A stretch of DNA of 63,614 nucleotides, filler included, from Perkinsus chesapeaki ATCC PRA-425 (taxonomy: Eukaryota; Protista; Perkinsozoa), in the NCBI GenBank assembly GCA_013115145.1. It is 10 parts of 10 records of this genome, joined end to end, with 100 filler letters (N's around TTAATTAATTAA, not from the genome) between each part and the next. Parts side by side here need not be neighbours in the genome. Positions count along the whole stretch, not along the records: positions 47,585 to 59,622 come from JAAPAO010000828.1; positions 59,723 to 61,254 come from JAAPAO010001907.1; positions 61,355 to 62,496 come from JAAPAO010002161.1; positions 62,597 to 63,614 come from JAAPAO010002277.1; 6 more parts are not named here. One strand, written 5' to 3'. The first letter of the stretch is position 1; every line of letters begins with the position of its first letter. Shown here in pieces: positions 58,994 to 63,614 of this stretch. The notes under the pieces are model-generated. The model searched no databases, had not been told where the DNA came from, and was given only the letters and a program-made list of their open reading frames with translations. The translations under genes and the position numbers were made by a program.

Positions 58994-59724
58994 GCATGGT
59001 ATGGCTCCAGCGTTCTCTCTAGCATGCTTTCTGCAGATGGCCGTCTGCCATCATCACCATAAGCTGTACTACTGCTTCTACAGCTGCAGAGCCATAGTCT
59101 AAGTCAGCCATGAATCAATGTACCATTGCCATTGGAATCGGTTTAACTGAATACCATCGCGGGAAGTGAGGTTTCCTCAACTCCCTCCCTCGCGCGTGCG
59201 TGTTGAACACGCCGTTCGTGAAGAGCTGAATCGGTTATATTGTTAAGAAGTGCATAACGTCTGTAATATATAGTCTATTTATTGGCATAGGCCACGATAT
59301 TCCATGCCATGGAATCCATGGGCAATAGTTCGATATCACCTCAGGTACTTTACCTGTGCTAGGATTCCAGTATAGCTTAGTCAGTGTACAGTGCGAACCA
59401 AACCGTTATGCAAATTCGTCTTCTTGGTATAACTTTTTTAATCTTACGACTTAGAACATGAAACTTGGAAGATAGCATGATGGTAACAGTTAAGAATAAA
59501 TTTTATAATATCATGCCCGTTTCTGGCTTTCAATTGCATCTGGGGGAGAGATGTGCGTCTGCGTGCAGATGTACGCATACACAAACACCATAGATTAAGG
59601 ATCATCTCAACCCTTACTGTTGNNNNNNNNNNNNNNNNNNNNNNNNNNNNNNNNNNNNNNNNNNNNTTAATTAATTAANNNNNNNNNNNNNNNNNNNNNN
59701 NNNNNNNNNNNNNNNNNNNNNNGC

Positions 59725-61254
59725 TTAGTCAGTTTTGGGTTTCTTATTGGGATGTTGGGGAGGGGAGGACGAGGTAGTAGAGCCAGTAGACTTGTCAGTG
59801 GAAGATGCGGATTTCGACCAGCGTGGAGGATACCAAGAGTTTTGAGGACGAGTCCAAGAATACCATGAGTCAGAACGATCGGAACGTTTACGACTCGAGA
59901 AATGAGCAGTGCCAGAGGAAGTCGAAGAGCTGGCAAGGGCAGCGTTACCAGCAATGTTAGAATTAGAATGGCTCATAAAGGATGAAAGCTCGGAAGTAGA
60001 GGACGACGACGAAATGAGCGAGAGAGCCTCAGCGAGCATTAAATGGTGATACTTCTCAGCAACTAACGAAGTAGCAACCTTACCATGAAGGGAAGTGCCG
60101 ACAATTGCCAGAGTGGAGTCACAGTGCGATAACAGAGCGCCGAGGCTGAAATCGCAAGCCAAGTGAACGGTACAAGACCAACGTAATAGGGCATGCTGGA
60201 GCAAGTTGAGCTTGAGGCCCCCGTCGGGATAAGTATTGTTCTTGTCACCGTCATCCAGGAAATGGCGAAGAGTGTAAGAGAAGGCTAAACGAAGGCGATC
60301 AACGCCATCAGTCGCCAGAAGATCGGAGATGAGTAGGGGAGGAGGCTGCAAGCCAGGAGATAAGAAGGTTAACGTGGAACGATCACCAAGCAGGGTGGAG
60401 AGAGCCACAGGAAGTTTCTTGCTCTTAGAGGGGGCATCGGTAGCCAGCTTAGATATGATAGAAGGGAGGTCGAATTGCGCAGCGGCCCAGGGAACGGCGT
60501 CAGTAGTAGAGGAAGAAGTACCGGAAGTAGCATGGTCAGACAAAGAACGGCAAGCCGTCACCGTCGTCGACCATAGCTTGTGGGCCGCGAGTTTAACGGG
60601 AGGAGGGCAATCAGAAGTAGTGGTGTTGAACATGCGAAAGACGATGTCCTCGCCAAGGATGTAGAGGTCGTGCAAAGTAGAAGCTGTAGAAGCCACACAG
60701 GCGCCAAGGAGGAAGTTGAGGGTCTCATCGTCGGCACAGAGCGGCTGAAGGGCGTCTTGAATTGATGAGGAAGGACCGAAGGAGGTCATGAAGGGAGAAT
60801 GTAACGTAAAAGCTAGTAAGAAAGAAACGCGATCGACCACGGAAGAGCGGCAGGCCTACCCGGAGAGGAGGACAGGCAGGTGTGAAAGAGAAAGCTCTGG
60901 AAGAGCCAAGGGTGAACGCATGACACCAAGGACTGGGCCGGGGTCATAGCGACACAAGCACGGGATAAACGGGAAGAAGGGAGCAACCCGTGGCGGAAAA
61001 GGCCCAAGAGGGGGCGTGAAGGAGCAAACGCCAGAGAGAGGCGGAGAAGAGATAGGCGGAGAAATACTAGAACTAGTCCGTGAGTGAACTAAGTCCGCCG
61101 CACTTGTCTTATACATCACAATGAGTACAACGACCCACAGGACTCAGCTGTCCTTTTACGACCGTCGCGTTCCAGACCAACTTTTGATTCAATCATTGCT
61201 TCGCTCCGCTAAGCTCGCGCTCGCGCTCGCCAAGCTTCGCGCACTGATTGACAA
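59725..61254 (-). mobile_element. Putative DIRS-like element 5' end: Gag-like ORF (ATG 60789 to 59725) and upstream non-coding terminus
   Basis: Intronless ORF of about 354 aa, Ser-rich basic C-terminus, overlapped by a second frame (59954 into the gap). Both sides end in spacers; no RT is visible. Confidence 0.4.
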
Positions 61255-62168
61255 NNNNNNNNNNNNNNNNNNNNNNNNNNNNNNNNNNNNNNNNNNNNTT
61301 AATTAATTAANNNNNNNNNNNNNNNNNNNNNNNNNNNNNNNNNNNNNNNNNNNNCTACACAATACGGAGTAAACTCTGTATATAGACTTCCCGTCGTCGA
61401 TAGAAATGACGAATCCGAAATTCGGATTCCGAATTTGAGAAGAAACTGCATCGTCCTTGTAATGTCAGGTTACCGATCTAGTCTCCTCCAAGCTGCCGGT
61501 CGAAGAGTCCACGCGCTTCTTCTTGTTTGTCGCACCGAATCGTCGGGGTGGACGTCTAGCGAATTTTCCGGCCGATGTGGTTAATCGCTACTTGGATGGA
61601 GTAGTGCTTGCAGAATTTGATGGTAAGGGACTGTTTGGGTTTCTCAAATTGGGAACCTCTATATCTGCGAAATTCACAAGAAGGAAATCGCGCATCATGG
61701 TTGTCATTGCTTAGGTGCTGAGTCTTTAACGTTGGATGACTTCTTGCATTCATACTACTGTTACTATCTAGTGACTGCTAGTGAGTGTGGAACAGCGAAT
61801 ACCAGGGTGTCCTGCACGTGCAAGGAAAGTAGAGACTGGGGCCTGTGCATGCACGGCTACTGCGCAGAGATCGCCGTGGGAAGCCAACTCAGGTAAAAAC
61901 GATAGTACAGAAGTGTCACTTCCGAAGTGAGGAACTCAGTCAGTTGTACTTCTTAAAGTTCACGTTTTGTAGCACATTGAGTTGCTGCGACTATCATCAT
62001 GGTACCATAAGTTTTAAATATCGATACTATTGATTCGTTGGTACATCTAAATGTAGACTCGTTAGCCTCCTGATCATCGTACAGTATTACTAATATTGTA
62101 CTAGTAAAGTATTGGAATATGTTGAGTGAAATACTTTTGAGCTCAGGTTCGCTCCTGGGCAACATCGG

Positions 62169-62496
62169 ATGCCTACAATACGCCGTGGTCGTCGGTCCAC
62201 GCGCAGGCCGGGCCCCTTGGAGCGGACATATTCCGGTGTCTCAGCGGCGCCTAGAGCTCGTAGTTCGAACAGTGATTTGGAAGAGCTCCCTGAAGAGGGG
62301 CATCAGCGCAGCAGTGATGAAGCAGAACTGAGCGAAGCCACTGGGAGTACAGTGCGACTGGCTGGATCCGAACAAACAAATAGCGATTGGGAAGGTTTAA
62401 GCGACCTTGAATCCGATAATAGAACGGAGTCCGCTGAACCGCCTTCGGGAAGCACCGATTGGGGGAGTCCGAGTCTCTCTAGCTCGGAGCCTGGCT
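62169..62496 (+). CDS. Low-complexity Arg/Ser/Glu-rich N-terminus truncated by a gap, possibly TE Gag-like
   Basis: ATG ORF MPTIRRGRRSTRR... open to the gap. Confidence 0.3.
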
Positions 62497-62596
62497 NNNN
62501 NNNNNNNNNNNNNNNNNNNNNNNNNNNNNNNNNNNNNNNNTTAATTAATTAANNNNNNNNNNNNNNNNNNNNNNNNNNNNNNNNNNNNNNNNNNNN

Positions 62597-63614
62597 TGGT
62601 GGGGGTGAGGAACCTGAGGAACACTGTCTAACTGAGAGGAAGGAGCTAGGCTGTCGCTCACCCCGAAGGTGGCATTTGACGAGAGGGCGTCCAGAGTATG
62701 CTTGGGAACAGGCAACTGAAATGACAACACCAATATAACCGTTGAATGATTTTCGATCTAAAGAAATATTTACCACAGCGATGTAGTCAGAGCAGCTGTC
62801 GAGCGCCAATAGACCCGAACAGATGTTAGAAACAGGATACTCACATTGCCGGCAACTCTGGAGGCGAAAAGTACGCGTTGCTTGTTGACAGCTTTGATGA
62901 CGTCTTCTAACAGCGCCAGCTTACGCTCTATCGGGTCCACAATTTCGTTTATATTATCCGCATCTGACAAGCGTGGGTGTACAAAAGATGCAACATGATT
63001 GGAGTAGCACTTGCTGAGCCACCAGTCGTAGCGATGTCCAATCGCTTTCTCAGCTGGGCGTTCTCGGCTTCTAACTGACAATAATATCATTCCTACATCC
63101 TATAGGGATACCATAAGATCACGTCAATGAGAGATTATGACCCATCGTCATCAATAGTATCGGTTGTATCCATTCCGCTCAACGCTAGCAGGAAGTACCC
63201 ATCTCTTAGCATTTTCCATTCGACCTTACATGCCGCGCAGTCTCCTTAGCCACTGCCAGTTCCGCCATAACTTTGGCCTTTTCACGCTTTTCTTTAGTTA
63301 TCTCGCGTACCATATTTGCACCTGGATTATATCACGTACCTCTTCCTTACAAATGGGTTATGTACTATTCTGGGATATCATCGCGACTCTATCCCGTATG
63401 TCTGTCATAAACTGGTCGGTCTCCACGGCTATGCTGGTCACCAACGATCCGATATCTTGAACCTTACCGCCGGACAGAACGAGATGGCTCTCGGAGTCAT
63501 GGGCGCACTCACCGCCGATGCCATCTGTATCTTCACACTCTGTGACCTTCCGAATAGGGGATGCAAAAAATCTTCCGTGTCAGCAGCGAAATGCTTGTGG
63601 TAATAAAGAAACAT
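62597..63614 (-). CDS. Multi-exon hypothetical gene, partial
   Basis: Exon DNINEIVDPIERKLALLEDVIKAVNKQRVLFASRVAG with GT-AG boundaries; further exon-like sequence toward the window end. Confidence 0.3.

Noticed and set aside
60900-60915. CTTGGCTC upstream of the second Gag-like ORF as another SL relic
   Set aside because: Only an 8-nt match lacking the terminal AAG; expected by chance.
61759-62164. TGTT...AACA-bounded segment as an LTR before ORF 62169
   Set aside because: No second copy and no TGG-starting primer-binding site; the ends could be chance.
18598-62596. Regularly recurring TTAATTAATTAA as a biological repeat or CRISPR-like array; ORFs ending in LIN
   Set aside because: Always centred in fixed-length N runs; an artificial linker. 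No CRISPR repeat-spacer structure exists in the window.

Overview
Eukaryotic, intron-containing draft scaffold, most likely from a Perkinsus-like alveolate. This is inferred from short GT-AG introns, intronless secreted subtilisin and pepsin-like proteases, a Cys-rich secreted family, an SL-like motif and an extremely AT-rich contig. Nine artificial 100-nt spacers (44 N, TTAATTAATTAA, 44 N) and three plain N gaps divide it, so neighbourhood across spacers is not evidence of linkage. Recognisable host genes are a TruD/PUS7 pseudouridine synthase, an A1 aspartic protease with a decayed paralog, DRC3/LRRC48 next to a second LRR gene, an S8 subtilisin, a 7-exon SPFH/HIR-like gene, a TIR-like multi-pass membrane protein and a secreted Cys-rich protein with a frameshifted paralog. 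Mobile DNA includes a near-complete BEL/Pao LTR retrotransposon whose Gag carries an RRM instead of zinc knuckles, remnants of a Chapaev/RAG1-related DNA transposase, and two putative DIRS-like ORF1s, one preceded by a spliced-leader-like motif. A 1.5-kb very AT-rich contig is probably mitochondrial. All calls were made by eye with no database searches, and bounds of multi-exon genes are approximate.
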